A DNA stretch of 63,867 nucleotides, filler included, from Collodictyon triciliatum (taxonomy: Eukaryota), in assembly GCA_043381765.1 (NCBI GenBank). It is 37 parts of 37 records of this genome, joined end to end, with 100 filler letters (N's around TTAATTAATTAA, not from the genome) between each part and the next. Parts side by side here need not be neighbours in the genome. Positions count along the whole stretch, not along the records: positions 1 to 1,638 come from JBHJMP010010564.1; positions 1,739 to 3,376 come from JBHJMP010010565.1; positions 3,477 to 5,114 come from JBHJMP010010566.1; positions 5,215 to 6,851 come from JBHJMP010010567.1; positions 6,952 to 8,585 come from JBHJMP010010568.1; positions 8,686 to 10,319 come from JBHJMP010010569.1; positions 10,420 to 12,053 come from JBHJMP010010570.1; 30 more parts are not named here. One strand, given 5' to 3'. The notes below the pieces were generated by a model. The model made no database searches. It was not told the origin of the DNA and saw nothing but the letters and a program-made list of their open reading frames with translations. How positions within the stretch are numbered: position 1 is the stretch's first letter; each line of letters begins with the position of its first letter. A program made the position numbers and the translations under genes. Of this stretch, positions 1 to 11,025 are shown piece after piece.

Positions 1-127
1 CGATATCTTTTCGTTAGTTTGTAGCATTGATAATTTTGCGATGAAAATTCAATACAGTGGGCCACATCAATAAATATAATAGGGAATTTCTCACGCACTC
101 CGAAAATCTTTTGCCAATTAAACCTAG

Positions 128-1083
128 GAACCCAGTCGCCGCCTCCTTCTTTTTCGGCACGCCTCCTACTACGCAAACCACACGCTTTGCAATCAAGTCA
201 TCCTTGTGTGGAATAACATTCGCTCCATCCCACCCACAACAGAAGAGTTAGGTGAGTGAAGCATTTGTTATTTGATATTACTATTATGAATGTGAAATAA
301 CTGTAAAAAAAAAAATAAGGAGGAAAAGTTTGTCAACAATCTTAAACTCAATGAATACGCTGTTGTAATAACCACTTTTTTGTTTGGTGATGCCCTACTC
401 AAATGTGCAACAATCCAATTTTTAGTCGAGATCTTTCTATGCGTTACCACACTGACTTAGTAACGCTTCATCTCTAATTAACTGCAGTGAACAAATACGG
501 CCCATCCGCCAGTAAAATCACCATTAGGCTCCAGACATTCGACTCACTCAACAACAGATTTCGCCCATTTTATTTTATTAACACACAAGGCATTCTTATC
601 GCCGACGATGATATCTTCATTCCCTATGGAGACCTGGAAAAAATGTTTGGCATTTGGAAACAAACTCCTAACCGAATTGTTGGCACTTTTGCTCGCGTCA
701 ATCTCCCAAACGGCGACAAGTATTTATACAAGTCCCCAAAATCAGGACTTTATTCCATGATTCTAACAAAGTTTATGTTTATCCATCAAAAGTATCTACG
801 CGCTTACACATGCACCATGAATGACTTGGCGATTCACTATGTGGATACGCACCACAACTGCGAAGATATCACCATGAACTATCTTGTTTCTAGCCTCTCT
901 GGGGCGCCTCCTGTATCTGTGGAGACAAAACCTTGGGACTTTGGGATGGCAGATGGCATAAGCAGCAACTTTGGTCACAAAAACGCACGTCACACTTGTT
1001 TGAGTGATATCGAAAAGTTCTTCCCATCGCCAAACCCACTCGTTCGCACCGAAACCATGGTGGTAAAGTTTACCGAATCTTGA
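128..1083 (+). CDS. Glycosyltransferase family 64 (exostosin/EXTL2-like), 3' part; exons 128-251 and 488-1083, probably with an earlier exon near 26-56
   Basis: Spliced translation gives QVILVWNN...SLNNRFRPF...ILIADDD (DxD)...YSMILTK...NCEDITMNYL, typical of GT64. The GT..AG intron at 252-487 keeps the frame. Confidence 0.9.
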
Positions 1084-1638
1084 ACGAAAAAAAAAAACGA
1101 AACAAAATCGAAACCAAAAGAAAAAACAATGTCCTATTGACGAAACACTTGCCATACTACTGAAAAAATGGAAAGAAAAAAAAAGGATGCTCCCGATCCT
1201 CAATCCATTATTACCATAAAAAAAAACAAGAATGGAATAAAACAAACACAGGGCCTGGCAAAGTTTACCCTTTCAATCTTTTTTCTGCCGTTTGTGTTTT
1301 TAGTCATGTTGTTGAACAAACCTGGGGAATGAAGAGCAGGGATGGACAGGAAACACAAACAGCTGGAATTGTCTATGGGCTGTGTAGAAGTACATAAAAT
1401 ATTTAGTTTTGGTAATTGATTGCAAAATCGGATTATGTGATTTTGATACCACCACAGCACATAAGTGCTATATTTTCCAGAATAGTTGTAGATAATTGGC
1501 TAACGTATAGCCATATGTAGCGCGACCTTTCATTTTTTCACGTCTTTTGCTCTTGCTCTTTCCTTCCTCGCTCTCATAGTGGCGAAGCGTTTTTGAGAGA
1601 AAAACAAAGAAAAACAAAGAAAAACAAAATAAAAAAAA

Positions 1639-1738
1639 NNNNNNNNNNNNNNNNNNNNNNNNNNNNNNNNNNNNNNNNNNNNTTAATTAATTAANNNNNN
1701 NNNNNNNNNNNNNNNNNNNNNNNNNNNNNNNNNNNNNN
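1639..1738. other. Artificial contig linker N44-TTAATTAATTAA-N44 (first of 36 in the window)
   Basis: An identical 100-nt spacer with stops in all six frames recurs about every 1.72-1.74 kb, and contig lengths fall from 1638 to 1622 nt. Confidence 0.99.
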
Positions 1739-2620
1739 CACAGGATTGCTACGCCGGCATGTTTGTGTTGTGATGTTGATAATGATGGTGACCATAGCTG
1801 AGGGCCCTTCCACCCGAAGTCAGTAGATTGGGTCTCAGGGCTCTGCCACGTCTCTTGAAGACAGATGATATCCGCGTGAGTGAAAAGAGCTGTCTTGTAA
1901 ACCTCTTTCCGCACGTGGGGGTCGTTAATCCCCCTAGCGTTCCATGACAGAACGTCAAAATGCATGGTCTGTTATTAATGGGTGGAGGGAGGACCCTCCG
2001 TGAGAGCAGCAGCGCTCTCGTTGTGTTCAGTTGTGTTTGCAGATATCTGTGTTGACTCGGTCGTGGTGGTTGTGAGTGTTTCTGTGGCTATGGTTGATGT
2101 TATTTTAGAAGTAATTCTTGGTATCTCAGCATGCGTCCTTCGCAATTTTGGCGTTGTTGGTTTCCTTATGTGTTGTGCGGGTGACGCTACGGCCTCTGCG
2201 GTGGAGTCGTACGTTTTTCGGCGAGGCTGTCAGCTTTCTGTTTGCTCTTATTGGGTTAAGGCTTGTGCGAGCTATACGCATAGGTGTTGCAGAATGCTGG
2301 TAGTTTGTTTTGATAGAGGTGGTTTCGAATGTTGGAAATTGAGGTGTGAAGCTGACGCTGCTCTGGAGTGTTCCTGATGCAGTCCCTGTCTCTTGGGACG
2401 CAGGTGAGAGATAGAGCGAGTCGTTGCTGAAGTTTGCTTCTTTAGGGCTATTTGATTTTTGCACGTGCTTTGCTGGGGTCACATCGGGGTTCCTATGGAG
2501 CATGAAGCTGGCTATGTTTGGTTGTCTTGTCGAGTTGGATTGAGGCACTGATGAAGGTCTTTCTGCTCTCTGTGGACTAGATTGGGGTTTGGAGCTCGGA
2601 TTTGCTGTTGGTATATTTGT
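1739..2620 (-). mobile_element. L1/Tx1-type non-LTR retrotransposon fragment (family B): S/T/P-rich ORF1 C-terminus, TAATAA, then the start of the ORF2 AP-endonuclease at 1965 (cut by the contig end)
   Basis: MHFDVLSWNARGIND...ADIICLQETW...HAGVAIL matches L1-EN motifs (SWNxRG, D-x-x-CLQET, GVAIL). The ORF2 ATG lies 6 nt after two in-frame stops. Confidence 0.9.
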
Positions 2621-2916
2621 AACAAACGCTCTTTTACAACGGATTATAAATCTCTGGAATATAGCTCCCCAGGAAAATTCTCAGGAAGAACCCAGGCCAT
2701 ATCGTGGAAGCAACACGCAAGCGAGTTAAATAAGGATGATTTACACCTAGGCGTGTACCCAAATACTTTTGGATCCCTCCTACGCCTAGCTTTGCATATC
2801 TTTTACCATTTATCCTAGAGAGAACAATACAGCATCTTAGTTTCTTGAGCCCCCAATATCCTCTCCATACAACTTGGTAGAAAAGCTACAGCGACCTTCC
2901 TTAAGTTTACGCCCCT

Positions 2917-3279
2917 ACACGAGGATTGTTAAGCAGCTCAGCAGGAGCGAGGATAAACGATATCGCTTCAGTGAAGGAGAGAACCCAGCGTCCCACTACG
3001 AGGATTCTTCAGACGCTCAGCAGGAACGAGGTCGAAAAATAGTACTCCGCTGAAGGAAATATATCAGTTATCCACTGAGAGTATTCTTCAGTAGCTCATC
3101 AGGATCGAGGATAAAAAAAGGCTCCGCTGAAGGAGATATCAGTTATCCACTGAGAGTATCGTTCAGTAGCTCAGAATGAGCAAAAACGAACAGTAGTACT
3201 CCATTGAAGGAGAGATATCAGTTATCCACTGAGGGTATTGTTCATCTGCTCAGAAGGAGCGAGAACAAACAGTAGTACT
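2917..3279. repeat. About 5 diverged tandem units of ~75-80 bp
   Basis: Recurring core CACTGAGAGTATT.TTCAGTAGCTCAG.AGGA.CGAG...CTCCGCTGAAGGAGATATCAGTTATC. Confidence 0.9.
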
Positions 3280-3301
3280 AATACTTGCAGTACATGGCCC
3301 C

Positions 3302-3376
3302 GCCGGCCGGCATTAGTAAATTGGGATGAACCTGGGATGAACCGTTCATCTCGCTCCAAATTTTTGACCGGCCGGC
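3302..3376. other. Imperfect GC-clamped inverted repeat (hairpin) at the contig end
   Basis: Arms GCCGGCCGG/CCGGCCGGC, AAATTGG/CCAAATTT (imperfect) and GATGAAC/GTTCATC. Confidence 0.7.
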
Positions 3377-3476
3377 NNNNNNNNNNNNNNNNNNNNNNNN
3401 NNNNNNNNNNNNNNNNNNNNTTAATTAATTAANNNNNNNNNNNNNNNNNNNNNNNNNNNNNNNNNNNNNNNNNNNN

Positions 3477-5114
3477 TTGGATATTCCGGCAATCAATAAT
3501 TCAATGTGTTGGACCAAGGGCAACACGAAAGGATTTCACATATATGTGCGAGATCCAAATTTTAATAGAAGGTATGAGGGCATTAAAGTATTTGGGCCTG
3601 AGATTCCTGTTGATATCATCAAGTATGTAAGAAATGTTTGGGAAGACGAAAACAAGATTATTCATAATGCAGATTGCATTACAGAATTGAATCTATCGGA
3701 AATATTAATTCAAAAGAAACGCAAGGCCTGCACTGTGGAATCAAGTGACACATATGAAGAAACTCCAGAACCTGAATCAAAGTTGCCAAAACTTGAATCG
3801 ATGGAGAAAAAAACATTTGAGTCTGAATTTCACAGACAATGCTTTGTCGAATTTATGTTACAGAGGGCACTTATTGAAAAATGTTTTGCCAATTTGCAAG
3901 GAGACTATGCGCAGTGGATAAAGATAGGTTACGCACTAATCCACGAAAAAATTTCAAGTATCAACACATACTGGTTATTGATAAGCGACCAATTGCCCGA
4001 CGACAAACAATCTACGAACTGGGATAAATTGCAGACTTTGAAAAAATTACAACTAAATGTTGAATCTGACGGAGCAAGTGTCTGTAAGAAAAAAGTTTCA
4101 TACAAATACATTTTACATTTAATAAAAGATAGCCAGCCCAATGTTGCGTATGAAAACTTTATAGTCTATGTGCAAGTCAAACACATTGATTATTATCGGG
4201 ACCAGTATTATAAAAAAACAAAAGAAGAATTTGAAATTAATCATTTTCAGTTCTATGGCAGACTAGCGCTTGTGATGGAAGATTACTCTATCAAGTTTTA
4301 CAACCAGTCTGACGCCAAGTGCCAGTATGCGCATTTAAATTTTTCTTGTGGCAAAGTTCATTTTAATTTCATCAGTGAATGGATGGAAGACAAGACCAAG
4401 AGACAAATTACGAAATTAGTTTTGCGTCCTGACTTGCCCAAGCAATTAGATTGCCCGAAAACTTACAATACATTTCAGGGATATGAGATTGAGAAAGTGG
4501 GAGATATTCGCCAATTGTTAAATAAGGAGGAGCAATTAGATTACACTGAAAACAATCACATTCATCAGCTGATTGCCAAGTTGAGCAATTACAATTTCAA
4601 GGTGATGGAGGAGATAATTCAGTGGGTTGCGCATCTAATATTTGCACCGCAAGATATGGGAAGATTCCACACGGCGATGGTATTTTATTCTCAGACGGAG
4701 GGCACAGGTAAGTCTTTGTTTACGCAAGATTTGTTATTGAAAAGAATTATTGGAACTTGCTATGGTGCAAAGACATTAAAGATGGAGGAGTTGTTTGGAA
4801 CCTTTAATGACATAATTGAAAACAAAGTTTATATGTTGGTGGAAGAAGGTAAGAGAAAAGACGGGGTTGAATTTTCTGATGTAATGAAAGACACACTGGT
4901 GTCAGATTATCTTGTAATTCATAAAAAAGGTTGCGATAAATATACGACTAACAATTGCTTGCATCTGATTATCAATACAAACAATGAGACGGTTGTATCT
5001 GTGGACAATTCAAACAGAAGATATTTTTTGATTCACACAGACGAAAACAAATTATCATTAAATGAAATTTTATTGCAAGGTGTGTTGGATGATATTTCAA
5101 GTCCGGATAAATGT
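3477..5114 (+). CDS. Virus-type primase-helicase fragment: PriCT-2-like region plus SF3/D5-like (DUF5906-type) helicase; open at both ends
   Basis: Intronless ORF of more than 540 codons. GDYAQWIKIGYAL (PriCT-2-like), Walker A YSQTEGTGKS, FGTFN..IENKVYMLVEE (Walker B), motif C IINTNN and NRRYF. Confidence 0.85.
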
Positions 5115-5869
5115 NNNNNNNNNNNNNNNNNNNNNNNNNNNNNNNNNNNNNNNNNNNNTTAATTAATTAANNNNNNNNNNNNNNNNNNNNNNNNNNNNNN
5201 NNNNNNNNNNNNNNTTTTTGTTTTTTGTTTTTTGTTTTTTGTTTTTTGTTTTTTGTTTTTTGTTTTTTGTTTTTTGTTTTTTGTTTTTTGTTTTTTGGTA
5301 ATTCAATATATATATACAACATTATTTGCGAAGTCAAGCAATACCCAAGGAATATATGCGCTAAACAGTGTTCAGATTCACTCATTAAATTTGAAATAAA
5401 AGATGCCCCTTGAAGGATGTAAGAAAGTCACGAACGGAGAAGATGAATAATGGAACTGACAACACCAGCTCCACTTAGACTAAAGCTCTGAAAACAGGAG
5501 TAGAACAAAAAGTGTATATTACAGCCAAGAAAGTAAACATGTCACTGCCCTTATGCAGTGTACCAGGAATGCAAAGAAAATGACTCGTTCGTTCTGTTGG
5601 AACTTGTAGGTAGTAGCACCTGTCAAAATGCTTCTGTATCTCTTACGAGCCGAAGAGCCTGCTCCCTGAAAGTTTTTTAAGAACTGTTCAGCCTCAGATG
5701 GAGACGTAATAAATGCTTTGGCCAGTTCGATGATGTTAGACGCAGCAACAGAAAGACTTCAATGGATTTATGCTGTAACAATACAAGAGGGAATTCTATG
5801 CTTTGTTCATAAAGTGAAAATTTGCAGAATCACAAGCAATTACGGTAACAGCCAAATAAAGAGTAACTC

Positions 5870-6448
5870 GAGTAAACCATCCCACTCTGAGCAACCCAGC
5901 CCCAGCAGAGAGGTTTAATCACCAGACTCAACAGCCTCCAAAAGCTAATAGATTATCCATACGTTTTAACGTTCTGTCGTGGAACGTTGGGGGGGATTAA
6001 CGACCCTCAAAAAAGAAAAGAGGCCCTAGATACTGCTCTTTTCTCTCACGCAGACATCATCTGCCTCCAAGAAACAGCCTCAGCCCTGACAATCTAACAA
6101 ATAATGAATCATGGAAAGTTCCGCAAATGTCGTCCTGTGACGATAATCAACAGACACGCAGGTGTGGCGATTCTATGCAAGAAACGAATACCCAACCACA
6201 ATCCTCGCTTCAGATGTGGTGATGTGTCTAAAGATATATCCCGCAACATATCCAACCCTGCTTCCCACACAGCCAATCAACCATTTGGGCCGCCCACCTG
6301 ACCAACTCGCTATCACTGAGTTCTTTCCAGTGCAAGCCTCTCCACAGTAGCGTCTTCTCCTACTCGCGTTGACTCGCTACCATGAACATTTTTCTCACTT
6401 CATGTATGACATACCTCGTTGCACTTTGGATCGAATAAAGAGGAAAAA
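5870..6448 (+). mobile_element. Internally deleted, degenerate family-B LINE: ORF1 end and endonuclease N-terminus joined directly to the ORF2 C-terminus, 3' UTR and A-tail
   Basis: 5959-6190 reads RFNVLSWNVG..INDPQKRKEALDTALFSHADIICLQET...HAGVAIL (with frameshifts), homologous to 1739-1965. 6230-6448 aligns with 9865-10074 and ends CTTTGGATCGAATAAAGAGGAAAAAA. The 5' boundary is approximate. Confidence 0.85.
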
Positions 6449-6951
6449 ACTAGTGCATATTTCAGTACAAGAATAATTGAGTTGATTGACACCCAAACAT
6501 TTGTTTTTGGTAATATATTCCGCTTTTGTCACAAGGTTCATCGAATTTCCACATACGTCGCGTGGTTTGCGGGCACCTCTCAACTTCCCGCAGATCGACC
6601 AGCTTCTTAACAAACTATTTGCCACCCAGAAAACGGAGTTAGTTACAGTTCTCGCCACCAGTAGGGACGCAGCCAGTTCTCTTTTCATATAGTGAACTTT
6701 ATTCTGTTGTGTGGGTTGAGATGCGGTGGGTGTGGGAAGGTGGGGATGAGTCTCACAGGCCGGGTGGGCATAAGCATCAATAATCGGGAAAACGAGAGGA
6801 GGAATTATGGGTATGTGAGAAATCTGGTTAAGAGGTTTTTGCCTCTTTGATNNNNNNNNNNNNNNNNNNNNNNNNNNNNNNNNNNNNNNNNNNNNTTAAT
6901 TAATTAANNNNNNNNNNNNNNNNNNNNNNNNNNNNNNNNNNNNNNNNNNNN

Positions 6952-7062
6952 AAAAAGAGAATATAAAAAAAAGAGAATATAAAAAAAAGAGAATATAAAA
7001 AAAAGAGAATATAAAAAAAAGAGAATATAAAAAAAAGAGAATATAAAAAAAGAGAATAAAAG
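6952..7062. repeat. Tandem ~16-bp repeat (GAGAATAT-A8)n
   Basis: Directly visible. Confidence 0.9.
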
Positions 7063-7100
7063 AGGGAAAGATAAAAACCGGAATTATAGGGGTAATTTGG

Positions 7101-7652
7101 TGCACATCTGTGCAATGTCCCTTCGCTCAAAACCTGCGCGAAACAGCCGGCGAGATTCTTTGACTGACACTCAAGACGGCTGCGGCTGTTGGCCCAATCC
7201 AGGCGATATTTGGGCCTCCGCAACAGCTGCGTCCAGATGCAAAAACATTATGGGCAGTGATGCGAGGCCACTTGCTATGGACTATGTGGATAGCGCGCAT
7301 ATACTCACGCAAAGCAAGACTCAACAACCAGCCACCCATTCCTGATAACAGGCTGAATGACATCATATAAATATCTTTCCTCAACAACTTCCTTGCCACC
7401 TGCACGTTCTCTATTACTCCGACCCCGTCAGAAGAGACATGGGGAAAGAGGCTGAGAAATATATTAAACTTCGCCTTGTCTCTCTCATGCAAGCACAAGA
7501 CCCAGGCTACAGGCCAAACCGCAGATGCAATTCCTGATTACCGACTACTTCTCTTCCACGCGGCCACCAAGTAGCGTTAGCGCGAAAGAAGGCTGGCGAA
7601 TCAAAACTGAACATCCCTATTATCTTGTACAAAATTGAAAAGGAAGATAATG
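7101..7652 (+). mobile_element. 5'-truncated family-A LINE (ORF2 zinc-knuckle C-terminus and 3' UTR), degenerate
   Basis: Reads VQCPFAQNLRETAGEIL...LLWTMWIARIYSRKARLN..., homologous to 48749-49400, and ends TACAAAATTGAAAAGGAAGATAA. Confidence 0.88.
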
Positions 7653-8470
7653 AAAAGCACGTGAGAGTAAAACTTAGCCTGTGTTCAGCCTGGGCAAAAA
7701 GGCACACCCGGTCTCACTTTAATGAAAGTCGCTGTCTTTCTACACGGCGGACATGCACGGTGTTTATTTGCATCGTGCTTCTTTCTCAGGCCATCCGGTT
7801 AGAAAACACACTCACATATACACAAGGCTTCAGAGGCTTGTACACTCACCATTGCGCATAATAAACTCATGGACAGTTTGCTGTCCGCACAACGCGCCCG
7901 TGGGTTTAACCTCAGGTTTGGGAGTAAGGTCAGGGTTATTTTATTTTGTCAGGATTCTGTGAATATTTCAGGCAAAACAGACGGTTGGCTTTGCGCGTGG
8001 GAAAGACACACGGGACAAAACAGATCGATTCTCGCGCCCCAAATCCATGATTCTGGTGCCTGCTCTCTTCTCACTATTCTTTCTTTTCTCCTTTCTCTTT
8101 ATTTCTTTCTTTTATGCTCTTCTCCCTTTCTTTTCTTTTTCTTTTTCTTTCATGTCTTCTTTCCCCCTCGTTTTCACCTTTTTACTATTTCAGTCTTTCA
8201 GTCTTTCAGTCTTTCAGTCTTTCAGACTTTTTCCACTAATATTTCTCTTCCTTCTCTGTTTCCTTGACATGTCATTCTTCATTTTTTTTCGATTATTCTT
8301 TTGTTCTCCATGTATTCACTCCACTTGCGCCTTTCTCCTTGGGTCGCTCTGGTTTCTTTGCTTGAAAAGTCTGTCAAAAATACATTTTCGTGATAATCAC
8401 GGATGATGCAATACCTTCACCTTTTCCCCTGTGTGCGCTGATTATTATTATTATTAATATTATTTTGCAG

Positions 8471-8585
8471 TGAATAATGAATAATGAATAATGAATAATG
8501 AATAATGAATAATGAATAATGAATAATGAATAATGAATAATGAATAATGAATAATGAATAATGAATAATGAATAATGAATAATGA
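8471..8585. repeat. (TGAATAA)n microsatellite, representative of dozens of 1-12-bp repeats at contig ends and in introns
   Basis: Directly visible. Others include (TAC)n, (AAT)n, (GTAT)n, (AAAC)n, (GAAAA)n, (AATAATAAAC)n and (AATAATAACTAC)n. Confidence 0.97.
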
Positions 8586-8686
8586 NNNNNNNNNNNNNNN
8601 NNNNNNNNNNNNNNNNNNNNNNNNNNNNNTTAATTAATTAANNNNNNNNNNNNNNNNNNNNNNNNNNNNNNNNNNNNNNNNNNNNC

Positions 8687-8944
8687 ATCGTTACCAACCC
8701 CATCGCTGTCCCGGTCGCTCCAAGCACGGGCTGTGTTAGCACCATGAACATTCAGAAGCTGACTGCGTATCTCGAGAGTAAGTCTGCCAACCCCAGGCTC
8801 ATTCAGGCATGCATCGACAATGAGATAGGAGGTGGAGAGTTTGTCTTACTGACCGAGGAGGACCTGAAGACTCTTGTTCCAGAGTTTAAGATCTTCCACA
8901 TCCGAGCCGCCCTGAAGCTCATCGAGGAGGCCAAGCGCACCTAA
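8687..8944 (+). CDS. C-terminal SAM (sterile alpha motif) domain of a larger protein
   Basis: LTAYLES...IDNEIGGGEFVLLTEEDLKTL...KIFHIRAALKLIEE fits the SAM consensus (eIdG..LL.LteeDLk.l.i...Ghr). Confidence 0.75.
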   Translation: MVTNPIAVPVAPSTGCVSTMNIQKLTAYLESKSANPRLIQACIDNEIGGGEFVLLTEEDLKTLVPEFKIFHIRAALKLIEEAKRT

Positions 8945-9864
8945 TCACCGCCCCACTCCCTCGTTCACTTCATGGGTTTTGTAGCATTCGCTTGACCCTT
9001 TGTTGATTCCCATCCCCACACATCCCTATCGCACCCGCAACTGAATAAAGGAAAAACAAAACAATTCTCTGCTCCGCCCCATCCTCATCTCGCAAAAAGA
9101 AAAAAGTAACCGTTTGCTGGTTTTGTTGTTTGGTTTTTTTGCAGGAAAAGAGCTGATTCTTCCACAAGCCTGTGGTGCATGTAACTGAAATCCGTTTTCA
9201 CGAAATAGGAAGTCGTTATATTAGCGTCAATTATACAAAAGTGGATAATATTAAAATAATATCAAATTTAATTATAATAGTTATTTATTATCGGTTATAT
9301 TTATATATTTGAATAAATATATAATTAATTGAATACATAATGATTATTTTACTTAAGGTGCATCGTCAATGAATGTTTCAATTACTAATGCGACACAGAA
9401 ACACCTTTACACAGAACCAAAAATGCTGCAGATCAATTGAAAAAAAGTCGGCTTATCTTGTGCGCTAAGAAAATAGTATAGATAGCAAGCGACTTACATA
9501 AAATCGCTATAATTGCCAAGTTGACAGATTGCCTATATTGGCCTTAATGTGGTGTATTTTGGGTAATTTTCTTTGAATGGTTCGAAAATCGTGACAGAAA
9601 TTCTCAACCCGAATTTGGAATTGACAACATGAACTTTTCGTCCAATTGGTTTATATTCACTGAATTGAAAGTTTTGGCGATTTACTTATTTTGTCATAAT
9701 ACACAGAATTGAGAATTCAATGAATATATCCAAAATATTCAACTAATTCACATCTGGAATATAATTATTGTATAATCAAATATCTTTATTAGTGCCAATA
9801 TTTAGATATGAGTAAAAAATATGATACTTATATATATGTAATACAACGGCAAAAGTCAAAAACA

Positions 9865-10074
9865 CAGCATATCCAACCCCTGCTACCCACGCAACCAATC
9901 AACCAGTTGGGACGCCCACCTGACCAACTTGCTATCACTGATTTCTTTCCGGTGCTGCCCTCTCCACGGTAGTGTCTTCCCCTACTCGCGTTTGCTCTCT
10001 CCCATGCGCTCCCATCCTGCCCCTTTGTATGGCATAACCTCGCTGGACTTTGAATCGAATAAAGGAAAAAAAAA
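9865..10074 (+). mobile_element. 5'-truncated family-B LINE 3' end
   Basis: QHIQPLLPTQPINQLGRPPDQLAITDFFPV* followed by a UTR ending CTTTGAATCGAATAAAGG-A9; matches the copies at 6230-6448 and 30883-31090. Confidence 0.88.
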
Positions 10075-10846
10075 TCCTTGTTCTCCAATCACATATTTTA
10101 TCATTTCCGAGCCCTGTATTAATACTTTAAAATAGATTTTGCTGGGTACCCCTTCATCACACATCAGAGTACTTTGATTAATTGTATTTTTTGTGCTTTT
10201 TTTTCCAGCGCTAATATGTTGGGGCAAATAAGGTTCCTAATACTCAACCATCCGGCTTATCAACGACCGCGATGGAAGCGAGAGTTTCTTCGGGATTGCT
10301 CTGCACAACCCTTTTCGATNNNNNNNNNNNNNNNNNNNNNNNNNNNNNNNNNNNNNNNNNNNNTTAATTAATTAANNNNNNNNNNNNNNNNNNNNNNNNN
10401 NNNNNNNNNNNNNNNNNNNAATTTTCTGTGATACAAACTTAAATTTTTTCGTGCTTTTCACTTTTGAAAAGAATTAGAAGGGAAAATTAGACAAGAATCA
10501 TACTTTTTTACTGTCAGAATCTTGGTCAATCTGGCCCAAAGATTGCACTATTCTTCGTAATGCCCTCAAAGTTTTAATGATGAGTTTCTTTAATTATAAT
10601 AAAAATTAGATTCATGGTACTTGAAACCTTGAGATAAATAAATTTCCTTTCGATACTATGAATCGGCTTGGTCAACCTACTGTATGACTTGTTTATTACC
10701 AAAAAATGAGAGCTCCAGAGTCCTTGTACGATGAAATGTAATGACAGATGGGCCTTTCTGAAAGTTCATCAAGTGCTATTATAAATGGTTTTTTTTGAGT
10801 TCATCCTGAGAAATAATCAAGATATTTAAATAGTTGAAAATTTTGT

Positions 10847-11025
10847 GCTGGTCTTCCTTATCCAAGCACAAGACCCAGGCTACAGGCCAAACCACAGGAT
10901 GCAATTCCTGATAACCGACTACTTCTCCGCCACTCGGCAACCAAGTAGCGTCCATGCAAACGATTGCTAGTGAACCAAAGCCAACATCTTCACCGTCCTG
11001 CACAAAATTAAATGGAAGAATAAAA
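10847..11025 (+). mobile_element. 5'-truncated family-A LINE (~180 nt) with a 19-bp TSD
   Basis: TSD AAATAGTTGAAAATTTTGT (10828-10846) / AAATAGTCGAAAATTTTGT (11026-11044); the insert ends GCACAAAATTAAATGGAAGAATAAAA. Confidence 0.92.

Noticed and set aside
1639-1738. Regularly spaced TTAATTAATTAA palindrome as a biological repeat
   Set aside because: It is always embedded in N-runs of fixed length. It is a concatenation linker with six-frame stops.
2917-3279. CRISPR array or tandem hammerhead ribozymes (CTGATGAG on the minus strand near 3095-3102)
   Set aside because: The inter-repeat segments are homologous to each other and no cas genes are present. CTGATGA occurs in only one unit and no correctly placed GAAA follows the stem.
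4705-4713. CAGGTAAGT splice donor in the helicase ORF
   Set aside because: It encodes the Walker A residues (TGKS), and the frame continues with the expected downstream motifs.
1739-5114. LINE endonuclease + repeat array + primase-helicase (or Fanzor next to the AT-rich contig) as one composite system
   Set aside because: The helicase and the AT-rich region lie on different contigs ordered only by length, so adjacency across linkers is meaningless.
9040-9062. TGAATAAAGGAAAAA after the SAM-domain gene as a family-B tail
   Set aside because: The match is only partial, there is no TSD, and it is adequately explained as the gene's AATAAA polyadenylation signal.
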